NCBI GenBank assembly: GCA_015680685.1
Contig: MNCI01002362.1
Coordinates: 607,777 to 671,776 of the forward strand
Origin: Gnetum montanum
Taxonomy: Eukaryota; Plantae; Gnetophyta
Direction of reading: 5' to 3'
DNA length: 64,000 nt
In this document: positions 1-13,999 of the stretch, in pieces
How the letters are laid out: each line of letters opens with the position of its first letter
Position numbering within the stretch: position 1 is the stretch's first letter
Notes under the pieces: model-generated
Seen by the model: the letters and a program-made list of their open reading frames with translations, nothing else
What the model was told of the DNA's origin: nothing
The model's database searches: none
Position numbers and translations under genes: made by a program

Positions 1-174
1 AGTTTGAGTTTCCTTAGGAATGAGGTTTTTGTCCCATCACACCTTATGTTAAATGGGAATTTTCCTCAAAAAAGATTTCTTTTTGAATGTAAAAAATTCA
101 ATGAAAATTTTAGGATGTTTGAGTTTTGAAATGAAGTTGCACAAGTTTATTTAAGTTTTAAAGGGGGGCAGAAA

Positions 175-2743
175 TGTTGGCACATTTAGCCATTTCATGG
201 AACAGCAAAGGTGATAAAATATGAATAAGCCATAGAAGATATTCAAAGCAAAAATATATATGATGGTTGTGCCTTATTGATATTTTATACTAGAGGTTTC
301 ATGTAGAAAATTGTTAAATGAAGATATAGTATTTGCAATGTCAAGAGTTATGCTCCTTTGCAAAGGGAAGGTTGAAAAGAGTTGAAAAGCTAAAAGAGTC
401 GATCCCGTTTATGGATGCATCAATGAGAAATAACAAAGTCACCATTGTAACGTTTGGATAATGTTTTTACTGCAAAAAAAAACAAACACAGTTCCGGCCA
501 CTGTACGCATTGAGAGAAAAACGGATGAAATTGCTGCAAATGAATGAAAACAGTCCAAAAGAATGCCATTTTTTACAGGGATCGCATTGGTACCGATGCA
601 GGGGAATGCAAGGATTTCTTTGCCCTGTAATGGCTTTCATTTTTGCACAGAATCAACTGTTCTTTTTGGCCCCAAATCAATGGCGTCTCTGCTGGTCGCG
701 TTGTGCCAAAAAAAAATAATTTTTGTAAGGACGCGAATTCAAGGTGGAAGAAGAACTCACTTGGGTGTTGCCACTTCCAAGGCAGAAACCGTTTCAATTT
801 CAAATTTTTTCCATAAAATGCAATTGATCCGCCCGCCTCCAACGACGCCAATGTGTTCTACAATGCGTGCACTGCGTGAAGATTTTTCTGGCCATTACAG
901 GGCCGTTCTTAACCTACCTTACCTAATGCTGAATTCTCTGATGCTCAGATCTATGATACATTTGCCCTTAACCCTGAAATCAATGGCAGGAATTAAAAAA
1001 ACGATTTGCAGGAACACGAAAATGCAGGAAGCCCTAAGCAAATTTGGGGCAAAATAAAACAGTTCCAGGCAACCGAAACCCTATGTCCATGGCCATATGT
1101 CCAATACATCGTTTTTATCTCTAGATCTTTCTCCTCCAGCAACCAAATGTTACATAACAATGATGCCAGATGCAGCGGCAGAGCCTTCTTCCGCAATGGT
1201 GGTTGCTAACGATTTCTGGCAGGGCGGGATTTTTCAAAAGTATTCAATGGCAGTTCCAGGCCTAGCGCCTTCACATTCGGGCTTGGTGTTTCGAATTTAA
1301 ATTTTTCCAGTCATTTTCATTCGGGTGCAAGTGCACATAAAATATTTAGGATTAAGGTACCAACAACATTTATGCCAAGGTAGATATTATATTATCACCT
1401 TGTTTTTAAACTCACTAAGAGCTTCAATAAGCATTCTTCAAATTTTAGAACAAGTAAAAATGAAAGGCTATTAAAGCTATAATTGTGAACAATTATATGA
1501 AATTATTGGAATTATTTTTCAAAGGAAATATTTATATCCTAACTTCCTAACCTCCTAAGTTAATGCTCCCTAACTTGTTGGGCAAGTCACTTGGGAGAGA
1601 AGTTAGGTAAGATATTTTTACATATGTAACTACCTTTGAAACCTATAAAAAGGCTTCAAAGAGGACTTTGAAAAAGGGGGGATTTTGAAAAAAGACACTT
1701 GATACATCATACTTTGGAAAAGCTACTAGTTAGCACTTGGGCTCTCACTTGAAGACACACTTTGGGTCTTGAGAAGAGCATTTGTAAAGAAGATTNNNNN
1801 NNNNNNNNNNNNNNNNNNNNNNNNNNNNNNNNNNNNNNNNNNNNNNNNNNNNNNNNNNNNNNNNNNNNNNNNNNNNNNNNNNNNNNNNNNNNNNNNNNNN
1901 NNNNNNNNNNNNNNNNNNNNNNNNNNNNNNNNNNNNNNNNNNNNNNNNNNNNNNNNNNNNNNNNNNNNNNNNNNNNNNNNNNNNNNNNNNNNNNNNNNNN
2001 NNNNNNNNNNNNNNNNNNNNNNNNNNNNNNNNNNNNNNNNNNNNNNNNNNNNNNNNNNNNNNNNNNNNNNNNNNNNNNNNNNNNNNNNNNNNNNNNNNNN
2101 NNNNNNNNNNNNNNNNNNNNNNNNNNNNNNNNNNNNNNNNNNNNNNNNNNNNNNNNNNNNNNNNNNNNNNNNNNNNNNNNNNNNNNNNNNNNNNNNNNNN
2201 NNNNNNNNNNNNNNNNNNNNNNNNNNNNNNNNNNNNNNNNNNNNNNNNNNNNNNNNNNNNNNNNNNNNNNNNNNNNNNNNNNNNNNNNNNNNNNNNNNNN
2301 NNNNNNNNNNNNNNNNNNNNNTTATTTCCATCGAATCTTGCTCTATTTCTAGTTTTCTTGTGGAACTATCTCTTTCTCTGGGGAAAATTAGGAGTAGATT
2401 TGCGGAGTTGTGCCTAAAAGTTTTTACAAAATTTTATTTGTTACAAGTAGGTATTATAAGGACCACGTAGACTAGGCAGTTGAACAAAATAGAAAACTCT
2501 CAACAACTCACAGTACTTGGCAAAGTTGGCTAAATCTCTTTAAAGTAAGTCATTTGAAGTTTACACACAACGCAATCGTTACATTTCACACAACTGCATG
2601 CCACAATAGCACACACACATACTCACATTAACTACTGAGTTTATTTGGAGGTATCTGGGCCTTGGTGTTGCCAGAGACCAGCAGGCACCTAAATCCTGTT
2701 CAAGGACACTCGTTGGCGGTCGCGTCCCAAATGGTCACCAACA
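175..2743 (+). mobile_element. 3' LTR of an LTR retrotransposon (lineage unresolved) inserted into Athila-like copy A; spans an N gap
   Basis: Purine tract AAAGGGGGGCAGAAA (160-174) directly precedes TGTTGG (175); element ends in the inverted terminus CCAACA (2743); CCTATAAAAAGG TATA-like box ~1642; accessory-ORF homology resumes right after 2743. Confidence 0.6.
1796..2321. other. Assembly gap (526 N)
   Basis: Run of n. Confidence 1.
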
Positions 2744-4616
2744 CTATGCAAGTGCATCAAAATCCTAGGATACACTAATGATGTTCCTGGGAGGGCTCAA
2801 AATGCTTCTTCTACTGAGTTTCTTAAACCTGCAACTTCGTGATAAACAAGAACAAGACCCAAAAAAGGAGCCAGAACTAGAAAAGGAAACAGAGCAAGAG
2901 CTCAAGCAACGGTGAGAGCCACAAGTTCCACCGCTATCACCACAAGATTACCAGCCCACAATGAGCCATCTATAGCACATTGCTGAAACTCTCAGTTGGG
3001 GAAGTAGGGATGAATCAAACCTATTTCGAGCCATCAATGATCTTGTGCATCCCACCATTTCTACTAATCCATCAAGAGGGTAGATTTCTTTACATTCAAG
3101 AGGAGAATCCCAATGGTCATAAAAGATCTCTGGAAACACTACATCCTTTCAAGTAATGCTTGAAACAACAAAAGGTGCTACCGTCATGGTCATCTAGCAC
3201 CAAGATGTAGTAGGCACAATGGAAGTTACCATAGATCACATTAAAGAATCTTTTAATGTGCCTATTGTGCCTCTAGTGGATTTGATTAGGACAAAAGATG
3301 CCCAAATGCTAGCTGAAACTTTGATGACTCTTACATCCCATGAGGATGTGCTTAAGAGATTGGTACAAATTGGACAAGTGATGACAACTCCTTTTGACAT
3401 CCCTAGTAATGTCACTGCAGTTCAGTCAGACCTCATTACCACAAAAGGAAAACTAGTTATGGTAGAGACCAAGGTAGAACTTGTAGAAGCAAAAGTGCAT
3501 CACTTGCAACAAGAGCTAGCCACCCTAAGAGCTGAAAAAGGGGATCCTTCCCAATTTTTCATGCATGACTAGCTAGAACAATTTTGAATGGAGTAGCTAA
3601 ACTAATTGATTAAAAATAACAAAGCTACTAAGCAAGAGAAGGAGAAGGTGGTCTGAAATACCTCAGCTGCTGAAGCTCAAACATATCCCCATAAGAAGGC
3701 ATGGACCATTGCATAAGCAGAGAATAAACAACTTGTTGTTGATAATGCAAGGTTAACTACTGTAGAGAAATAAAAAAATATCTTGGAAGAAAGTGTCCAC
3801 TAGTTGAGAGAACAATTACTAAGGCTCAACCAACACATAAGTAGATTGGCTAGAGAAAATTGAATACTCTCAATGGAGGAGGTCTACACAATACATCAAC
3901 AATATATAATTGAGATAAGCGTGTGACAAAATGAGGCCAAGAAACATGAAAAGCTAAAGAAGCACTTCTAAGACCAAATTGGCATGTACAAAAAAGTCAA
4001 TGAAAAAGAAATCCAGATGGCAAAGGCCTCCATCAATTCCATGTGAGTGCAAAATCCTGACTAACAGCCAATCTTGGATAATTATGCCTTTGTCCATTAA
4101 GTGAAAGTAAAGAACAAGGATCTGTAGATTGAAGATTTGAAAGAGTACATGGCATTGGCTAACATTCTCTATGCCAACCTTGCCATGTTAATAGTAGGTC
4201 GATATGCACTATATGAAAAAGAGTTTGCATATAGGAAAAGTGTTCTACAAAAATTCCACATGGAAAACTTAGAACTAGAAGCAATTAAGGCTTGCTACTA
4301 CAGACAAAGAGATGTAGCCTCAAACCTAGCCAAGAGATTGATGGATCACCATGAATTAAAAGAAAAGGTCAGGGCCTTTGAGAAGGAACAATGACAATTT
4401 GTAACTTGGTACATGAAAGAAAATAAGATGTTTGCACAACTACCATGTCCATGGGATGTGCCAGTTCTATCACACACTAGCTCATCAACCTAGACAGTAC
4501 ATGACCCAAGAATGGAAGAGAAGTTACAAGCACTTCTGAATTATTATAAATTCTAAAAGCTTGAAGACAAGGGGAAGCATACCATGGAAGATCCACCACC
4601 TCTAGGAACTACTTAA
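2744..4616 (+). pseudogene. Decayed accessory (env-position) ORF of Athila-like copy A, coiled-coil C-terminal half
   Basis: ORF pieces 3219-3572 and 4137-4394 align with the minus-strand copy at 19060-21050 (TIDHIKESFNVPIVPLV vs ITDHIKEPFNVPIVPLV); many in-frame stops; ends DKGKHTMEDPPPLGTT*. Confidence 0.75.
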
Positions 4617-4811
4617 GTTCCCTAATTTTTGTTGTTTTGTTGTTTTGTCATGTTGTTTCTATTCTTGTAAAAACACCACTACAACATGAAAAAGTCGATT
4701 TGTGTGTCTAGTTAAGTCAATCAATAATCCCATACCTTCTTAATATTTTGTAAAGAACTTGTTCCTCATTTTGTTTAAATTGAGGATGAGATTTATTTAG
4801 TTGTGGGGGTA

Positions 4812-5713
4812 TGATGAGTCATGTTTTACAAGGGCTTGATATCGAATATCTAATATCAAAGCTACCATATCAGGTATCAAATATCAGGGCACAACCTCTA
4901 ATGTTGAACATCCAATATTGCTCCTTCCATGCAAGCCTATAAATACCAAACTTGGGTGCATGATTGGGATATAGTAGATAGCATAAAGAGATAGAATAGA
5001 TTCATAGATTTTTTATTTCAAAGTTCTATTAATTCCCAATGCACGCCTACAATGTGATGTTAAGTAATTGTATAGCATCCTTATTTGAGTGTGATGTACA
5101 TGGACACATTACATGTTTGGCAATAAAGATTGAGATTGCTTCCATCATTGCAGCATCCACTTAACTTTATTATTGCTTTTAATTATCTTAATTTACTTAA
5201 ATTTTTACTATTTTCCTTAGTTAATGTCTCCATTTATTGCTCTTTATTATTCCTGTCATTAAGCAGAATGAGTACAACTAATCACGAGCACTTAAGTGTA
5301 ATTACTTGGTAACCTAGTAGTGTATCGTTTGGTACACCCAATGACCTACACTTGGTGATTCCAACGGTAGTTATGCAAATTCCAAGGTGTGTGCAAATGG
5401 TTAGGAACGGATAGTCATTACACATAGGCAAGTTTAGAATTTAGTTTTCATTTTTGAATAACTTAATTAATTGATTTCTTTATTACCATTAGGAGTTGCA
5501 TAAGGCCAAAACAACATCAATTATCATATGCCTCACTTTGGACTAAACCATACATGCAAAGCTACCACTAGTCCAAGCGGAAAGACAATAAACTATGATC
5601 AAGACATAATGATCTAGAAGCCATAAGTAGTCCCATCAATGGAATTCAATCGAATCATGCATAAACACTTGTGATTTGTATGGTTGGGAGTAGGGGTACC
5701 TTGCCTTTGATCA
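4812..5713 (+). mobile_element. Athila-like 3' LTR (copy A)
   Basis: PPT AGTTGTGGGGGTA then TGATGAGTC at 4812; CTATAAATAC TATA ~4938; ends GTAGGGGTACCTTGCCTTTGATCA, homologous to the LTR ends at 24795, 56940 and 61956. Confidence 0.85.
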
Positions 5714-6821
5714 CCTACTCTAAGGAAGAAAAATACCAATCTTAGACTCAAAATTAACCTAATAATAATGGAAATATTTATGAAAAGTAATTATTCCTAT
5801 ATAGAATTAACAAAAAAAAAAGATTTCTCTTAGGAAATGAGTCTGTTTAGGATATAATACTACATCACTACATAATATTTCTTAATTAATATAGTCTATT
5901 ACATAATTAAATGTGACATTTTTTGGAAGGCGATATAATTGTATTGATCCTAAAAAAAAATTGATCTTTATGGTGTTTTTAACCTTAGATTGTGAATTAA
6001 CTTTTTCATGGACTATAAAGCTTTTTTATCCATTAGGGTATCAGAAAATTTCATTTCTTAAACTATCATTTAATAAGAACCTAAACATTACTTGAGAAAT
6101 AGTAATGATCTATATGTAAAAACCCTTTCTCTTTTAAATCATTAACTAATTAATTCTACTATGTAGATAGATGCACATAATGGAATATCAATGCTATATT
6201 ATTTAGAGCTTATAGTAAGATTGAATTTCATTCTAATGTCTAGAAATAATATTCTAGAGCCTTTGCATGTTTCCAATTACCTATATGCATAAGACCTATA
6301 TTATATAGCTTTAATCATCAGGATTTATTTCAAAATATATAGCTTCATTTTCTTAAGTCATTCAATGAGAAAGATCTCCAATTCAAAACCATACATGAGA
6401 CTATCATTTTACATGGATTTTTCCTTGTAATAGAAAGAATACAAAAAATTTCTATTCTTAGTTCATAATGTGTGAGATAGAGTATTCTATTCATCAACAA
6501 TCTCTAACCATCCATTTTAAGATTGAAGATTCTTTGAATAAAGTTTCATACTAAAAAAGACCTCACAAAATTGGTTTGTTGTTATCACTAGGTAGTTTCA
6601 AGGGAATTAGATTTAATCACTCCAATAGATCCCAGTGGTTCTATAGATATTCAAAGTTAGCTAGTTTTCTTGTTTTCTAGCAAATAATTTTGTCTTTTCA
6701 TAACATCTGGATTTAGTATTCAAAAGTCATTTACTTGGGAGTGAACCTACTCCAGTGTTATTGGTATGAAAGCCTAGCTTTATTGTTATTAGATTTTGGT
6801 TGAGGATTTTTTCACTTTCAA

Positions 6822-9800
6822 ATGGCACCCAAGAAGAAATACATGCAAGCTCTAAATTAAGACATGGAGAGCATGAAGTCCACCTTCTAGATGATGGTTA
6901 CTCGATTGGATGAAATCAATGCAAAGGTAGATCAAAATGCTAGTCCTAGCCATATCCAAACCCGTGGAGGTGAAAAGAATGAACATTCAAATGAAAAACT
7001 TTCATAGATAGGTGGAGATGGAGCAAATGAAGAGGAAGGACAATCTAGCTATGGGAGTGTAGAAAACCATCAACCAAAGATTCCAATGGGAGGAAATCCT
7101 ATTTCTCATATGAGAACTTCAAGGGCTCCAGTAGTGTTCAATACGTCTTCAAGCAAGCTTGATGAGGAAGATGAGGTAAGGCTTACTAGGGTAATACAAA
7201 ATTATTCAAGACTTCCATATGTAGAGTTGAAGACTTTCAATGATGTAGATGGAACCAATGCTTTTGCAAGCTAGCTGAAGGACCTTGAGAAGCATTTTCA
7301 ATTGGAAGAGATACCAAATAATTTGAGGGTACCTCTTGCTAAATCTAGATTAGAAGGTATAGCTCCTACTTGGTAGGAAAAGGAGTTCCAAGGTTGTAAA
7401 AGATGAAATGGTAAATTTCTCAAAGATTGTGATCTAATGAAATATAGGTTGAATAGAAAATTTGAACAGTCTCATCAAAGAAAAGAAATCATTAGAAGTT
7501 GAAATTCCTAAGGAAAGGTGACAAGGATGTTTAAGAATTCTACATCTAATTTTATGATCTATTCCATCAAGCTAAGGTAAACTAGGAGGAGTATGAACAA
7601 GCTTCAATCTTTATAGGAGATATCAAAATGATGTACTAGCAAGAGTTATCCTTTTATGAGCCACAANGTCAAAATGATGTACTAGCAAGAGTTATCCTTT
7701 TATGAGCCACAAACTCTTGATGAGGCTTATGATTTGACACTCAAGGTTGAGAAGAACTATTGTGGATTTAGAAACATAAGCAAACAAATTTCTATACAAA
7801 AGGAGAAGGGATCTAGATCTAATAAGGAATCCAAGTCTAAATCTAAAGATAAGGAGGGTATCCAAGATAAGAAGAAAAAAAGAAGCAATGAGAATGCCAA
7901 AGCAAAGATGGACCAAATCAAGGAAGGCAAAGGTCAAGGCAGTATCTGATTAAAAATTCAATGCTTCAAATGTGAAGAATGGGAACATGAGCAATGGGAA
8001 TGTCCACTTCATAGATATCCAATGACAAAGATATGTAAACCATGGAGGTGGAGGAGACATCAAGCGAAGCTCTTCAAAGAGGTAATCCTAATGCTCCAAA
8101 AATCAAGGATGTTTCTGAATTAAATTCTTGTGCTTTAAAGGGAAATTTCAATAAAGGAGATCATCCTAATGAAAAATTGTTGTTTTAAATTAGGGCTAGT
8201 TATTTGCTTACTAGGAAATGGATTCATGTTTTGATTGATGAAGGATCCCAAGAAAATGTTATTTCCTCTAGGGTAGTTGCTAGATTGGTTTTGAAAACTA
8301 ATCTTCTTCTGAGATCCTATAAGGTGCATTGGTTATCTAGATATTTTTCCCAAGAGGTGAGGGAATAATGTACTTTGAAATTTAAAATTTGGAGTTTTCA
8401 TGGTATTGTGAAATGTGATGTACTTCCAATAGATTGTGCTAATGTAATTCTTGGTAGATCTTGAAATTTTGACAATGGTGCTTAGTTTGATGGAGTTAGA
8501 AATATATGGAGTGTTGCTAGAGTTGATGAAATTCATGATTTGATTCCTATGACAGCTAAACAAGTGAGGCAACAAAGCTCACTTAATGCTTCCTTAAGCC
8601 TTCTAGGAGAGAGGAAATACATAAAGGAACATGATGAAACCAATTTTGGTTTTTTTTTTTATAATAACAATTGCTACTAACCATGATGATGTGCAAGTTC
8701 AACTTCCTATGGTATGCTAGGCTTAAAGAAAACGTTTTCCAAGGTATTTAAGGAAGAATTAGATGGACTATCACTAATGAGGAATGTATAGCATTAGGTT
8801 GACTTCATCCCTAGTGCTACAATTCCAAATGAGAGAGCTTACTAGATGGTACCAAATTATAGGGTTGAATTACAAGGGCAAATAGAGGGGTTATTTACAA
8901 ATGGCTTCATGAGAGAATTCATTTCACCTTGTGTAGTTCCATTAGTACTAGTGTCAAAGAAAGACAACAATGAATAGAGGATGTGCATTGATTCCAAGGT
9001 AGTGAATAGGATAATAGTGAGATATAGGTTCCCTTTTCCAAGGATGGATTATATCCTTGATGTCCTTACTAATGAAGAGGCTTTTAGCAAAATAGATTTG
9101 AAGAATGGATACCATCAAATCAGAATTAGCCTAGTGATGAGTGGAAGATAGCTTTCAAAACACCAAATCGATTGTTTGAGTGGTTGGTAATGCCATTTAG
9201 GCTCACAAACACACTTTCTACATTCATGAGATTGATGCATGATGTATTGAAGTAATTGATTAGTAAGTACTGCATTATCTTTTTATATCATCTTTTGTTG
9301 TATAGCTCTAATGAGTAAGAGCATTTGGATCACTTGAGGATGCTATGTCTCAAGTTGGAGGAGTCATAGTTGATGATCAATGTTAAGAAATTTCATTTCT
9401 TCAAGATGAAAATTACATATTTATGTCATGTTGTTTCCAAAAATCAAATTCAGATGGAAGCCATCAAGGTGAAGGCTATTAAGGATTGGCCAACTCCTAC
9501 AAATTTTGGGAAGGTAAGATCATTCCTTAGTTTAGTAGGTTTTTATAGATAGTTCATAAAAAATTTTAGTGATATTTTGTGGCCTATGTTATCTTTCTTG
9601 AAGAAAAATAAGGAATTTAGGTGAGATAATAAAACCCAAGGAATCTTTGACTTATTGAAAGCAAAGATTACTAGTGAACTAGTGCTTGCAATTCTAGATT
9701 TTCAAAGGCTTTTCCAAGTGGAGGTGGATGCAAGTGAACTTGCCATTAATGGGATAATTTCACAAGAAGATAGACCTATTGCTTTCTTTTCTAAAAAATT

Positions 9801-11516
9801 GAATGAATCAAGAAAAAAATATAGTATATATGGAAAGGAGCTGTATGTTATTCTTCAAGTAATCAAGCATTATAGGCATTACTTATTGTCCAAGGAATTC
9901 ATCTTCATGATATACCATAAAGCACTTCAATTTCTAAACTCATAAAAGAAGTTGAGTGCAAAGCATATGAAGTGTGTTGCATAATTACAAAAGTTTGATT
10001 CTGTGTTAAAGCACAAAAGCTATACAGCTAATGTGATGGCTAATGCATTACCTAAGGTGCATAAGGTAAATTTTAGTGAACCTCATGTGCAAGGTATGGG
10101 TGATTTTGCTTCTTTATATGAGCATGATGTTGATTTTAGGTAGGTTTGGAGGATCGTCAAAGATCTATTGATGAATAGGGTAGACTAATGGAGGAACTAT
10201 CATATTCAAAATGAACTCTTATTTAAGAATGGAAAGGTATGTGTTCCTATTATGATTTTAGAAAAAATATTTCATTTGAAAAGCATTATAGTAGCATGGA
10301 AGTAACATGCGCAAGGATAAAACACTGGAACTTGAGAGTAGGCACTATTATTGGCCTAGTATGGAAACAAAAATTTTTAAATTTGTGAAAGAATGCTTGA
10401 CATGTCAAAATTTCAAAGAAGGTAAAGGTGTGAATGAACACTATATGTCCTTGCCAATTACTAAAGATCCATGGGAAAGTATGTCAATGGATTTTTTGAG
10501 TGATATTCTAAAGACCAAAAGTGGAAATGATGTAAATTTTGTTGTGGTTGATAGGTTTTCCAAGATGGAACATTGTACTCCATGTAAGGAGGTGAGTGAT
10601 GCTTCTCATATTGCAAATTTATTTTTCCAACATGTTTTAATGTTGCATGGTATTTCTTTGAATATTGTTAGTAACAAAGACTCCAAGTTTATAAATCATT
10701 TTTTTAGGTCCCTTTGAAAGATTTTAAGGACAAAGATAAATTTTTCTAGTGCATATCATCCACAATATAATGGTCAGAATAAGGTGGTGAATAAATCCTT
10801 ACTAAACATATTAAGATGTTTGTCTGATGAACATCCAAATACATGAAAAACATTATTGTTTCATGCCAATTTTTTGTATAATAATGCTTTTTATGTTTCT
10901 ATTGGGAAAAGCCCATTTGAGGTGAACTATGGGTTTTGTTCAAAGATGAGGAACACTTTGAAGGACTTTGATGGTGAAGCTCTACTTAGTGCTAATTTTG
11001 TGCAAGAGATGAGGGATCTCCATGCACAAGTAAAATCAAATCTTGAGAAGAAGGCTAAAGAGAGAGTCCTCGAGAGGAATGAGGATAAGTGGAAGTCTAA
11101 TTTTGTTATTGGTAACTTTGTTTGGATGCGCTTGTAGAAGAAGTGGTTGAGAGATGTTAACTTCTTCAAATTGAAAGCTAAAAACATGGGGCCTTTTAAA
11201 ATCAAGACTAAAATAAATTATAATGCTTTTGAGATTAATTTACCAAATGATGTTGATATCTCTTTTATGTTTAATATTTCACATCTTGTGCGCTATCATG
11301 AACCAACTAATCAAAAGACAATATAGGGTAACATCAATAAGTTGAAGGGGGACTATTGATTAGCCTAAGCCTTCAATGGAGAGAAAGGAAGTCACACTAA
11401 AATAGAGGAAGGCTTTTAGCACCCAAGAAGTTAAGACACGTGAATATTTAACCTATTGGAAGAATCAAACTGTTGATGATGTTGTATGGGTCCATGCGAT
11501 CAAACTTGTTAAGTAG
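6822..11516 (+). pseudogene. gag-pol pseudogene (gag, CCHC knuckle, protease, RT, RNase H, integrase, chromodomain-like tail)
   Basis: CFKCEEWEHEQWECP ~7960; LIDEGSQENV ~8232; SPCVVPLVLVSKKD and FSKIDLKNGYHQI in RT; EVDASELAINGIISQEDRPIAFFSKKL RNase H; PWESMSMDF..VVVDRFSKM integrase; EYLTYWKN..DDVVW ~11440-11490; many stops and frameshifts. Confidence 0.9.
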
Positions 11517-11578
11517 GGAATCACTTCAACCTCTACTTCCTTATTCACATGAGTTCACTTTTTAAAGGATGGAAGAGC

Positions 11579-12481
11579 TGGTATAGGAACACCTCTTCTA
11601 ATCCCCTTATTCTTCCCTATGTGTGTGTTTTACAAGTTTTTAGATACTAGAGATGACTCACTATTCAAATTAACATCTCAAGTCAGACATCTTATATATA
11701 AAAATGATGTCTCAAGTGAGACATCTTGCTAGAATCTAAAAAATCTTAGGTGAGATGTGTCCACTGTAGCTAGGATGTCTTGCATCTAGAAGAGATGTCT
11801 CTGAAAATTAGTAGATCTCTCAACCAAGAGCTAGGGTTTTAGTAAAGACATCTTAAAAGGATCAGAGATGATCCATACAAATGGGAAAACTTCTAGAAAT
11901 GCCAATTCCAATTCAAAAAATAGTTGGAACATAATGAAAAGAGATGAAAATAGCTAGGGAGAAGATGAAAAGACTTGGGAAACATCTAGAAAACCTTTGA
12001 ATGAGTTGAGAAAAGATTTCTAGGATTCTTATCTTTCAATTTGACATAAATATTGATGCATTCATCATTGTAGGATGACCATGAGTAAGAGAAAAAGCTT
12101 TTGAAACTAGAGAGGTGAGCAAGAGAGAGTGGGTAAGCATATTGAGTGAGTGCAATTGGTGATTGCAACTCCATGATCAACATGTGGTGTGTTGGTCTAT
12201 GTGTTCTATTCTCTTGTATCTCACTTATGAGTTGAAGATCTTAGTCCTAAGTTGTAGAAAAAGATTCTAGTTGGTTGTCTTGCATTAAGAACAACCATTA
12301 TGATTGTAGAGCCTCATGCTCTATAATATCATTTCAGTGTGATAGGTTTTAGATGTTTTTGAATTATGGGAATCCTAGTATACTAGTTTTCTTACTTTCT
12401 AGAAAACAATTTTATCTTTTCATAAAATCTGGATTTAGTATTCAAATGTGATTTACTTGGGAGTGAACCTACCCCAATATT
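11579..12481 (+). repeat. 3' LTR of the CRM-like element
   Basis: Starts TG after the PPT; AGACATCTT/AAGATGTCT motif cluster 11680-11860; 3' end matches 6660-6760. Confidence 0.7.
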
Positions 12482-12489
12482 CCTATACC

Positions 12490-12946
12490 CTTATTGTTGT
12501 ATCTTTTGCATGATCTACACTTGTACTTGATGTGATTTGATCTGTTGAAAGATCTCAATAACATCATTTTTATTTCTATTTGCTTGGAAATCTAATTTGA
12601 GGATTTAATCCTTAAAATCTTAGTTATATAAAGGGGGAGATTGCAAAACCTTGAAATAAATGTTTGTTCTTCAAGGATTTAAAGATCAAAAGGAACCCCA
12701 AGGATTGAAGAGATTGGATATCCCTACAAAGTGGACTAAGCCCAAGCTAAACCACTATAAATCCTTGTGCACTCTTCATTTTATTTATTCCTTGCATTTT
12801 CTTTCTTTCACAATTTAGATGTTTTTTAACTCTATTTTATTTAAACACTTGCAAGATTATTTCCAGTTGTTAAGTTTAATTTAGATTATGAAAATTTTTG
12901 AGACACCCTATTCATCCTTCCTCTAGGATATGACATTTGATTCACA
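12490..12946 (+). mobile_element. Probable 3' part of a Copia (SIRE-like) LTR
   Basis: CCCTATTCATCCTTCCTCTAGG..TTCACA resembles the CCTATTCACCCCCCTCTAGG motif near SIRE LTR ends. Confidence 0.35.
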
Positions 12947-13999
12947 TGTACACAAACTGAGAATGATGCATGAACTACTACCACAATAGCTATGCTCTTA
13001 GCCTTGACAACACTTCACCAAAGTTTCTACTTCTTATCATCTGATGTCAAATGTATGCAAAACTACATTCTATGATCAACTCTAATAAGAAAAAGGCTTT
13101 CTAAATTTGCTATGGATGTTTCTAAAACTAAGGCACAACAAGAAAAAGGTTAAAAAGATAAGAGGAAAAGTTCTAGGTTTAATTAACCTAGTCTAGGAAA
13201 ATCTCAACTTTCTAAACACCATAATTAAGAGAAAATAAAAATAACTTAATAATCCTAAATACTCATCTCTAATAATCCTATGCAAAACTAAAAGAATAAA
13301 AACATACTATAAAATAAATAAAATATGCTATAACCACTAACCACATAACTAAAATACTATAAATAAGATCCTAATGAAACTCATACTAAACATGCCAAAA
13401 CAAAAGATAAACATGTTAATACTATTGTTATAAACTTGGCATAAAGTTAAATAAATAAAACTATGTATCTATTCAAATAAGAGAGAATTCTCAAATAAAA
13501 TAAATACTAAGCGTAACTAATAAATGAAAAGACTAATCATAACATAACCTACTAAGCATAACATATATATATATATATAATGCTATAAACAAGGCTACAT
13601 ATAAACTAACTAGAAGGAATATCATAAACAACATAATCACACCACATCATGTATGTGTCAAAGTAATACGCCCAATGCACATTTAATATAAAGGATTCTA
13701 AACTACTACATTCATGGTACCTATCACATATCCAACCATGTTAGAACACATTTAATATAAAGGATTATAAATGTAAATGCGTTAAAGGAAAATACAAGCT
13801 CATAAAAGCAAAAAATAAATAACACATAGACATTATCTCATGCTAGCATAGAGGTTTGACTAGCACTATATAAGTTCAACACCATACCAAGCCAAAATCA
13901 CAAGCACATAAATCATACCAAGAGCACATGTCAATTACATCCAAGCACACATATCCTTGAGTCAGCACAAACATACCAAGAAAAGCATAAAAAGATCAA

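Larger units (their letters stand above)
6660..12481 (+). mobile_element. Decayed Ty3/gypsy chromovirus, CRM-like; 5' LTR truncated to ~100 bp
   Basis: 6660-6760 matches 12382-12481 (..TTTACTTGGGAGTGAACCTAC..); degenerate tRNA-iMet PBS TGGTATGAAAGCC at 6762-6774; gag-AP-RT-RH-INT order; PPT AAAGGATGGAAGAGC before the 3' LTR. Confidence 0.85.

Noticed and set aside
510-1300. Cluster of 67-164 aa ORFs
   Set aside because: Inside an LTR, with no recognisable domain.
1726-2470. ORFs spanning N runs (also 60845-61310)
   Set aside because: Produced by the assembly gaps.
7623-7713. Perfect ~45-bp direct repeat around a single n
   Set aside because: Unmerged contig overlap (assembly artefact).
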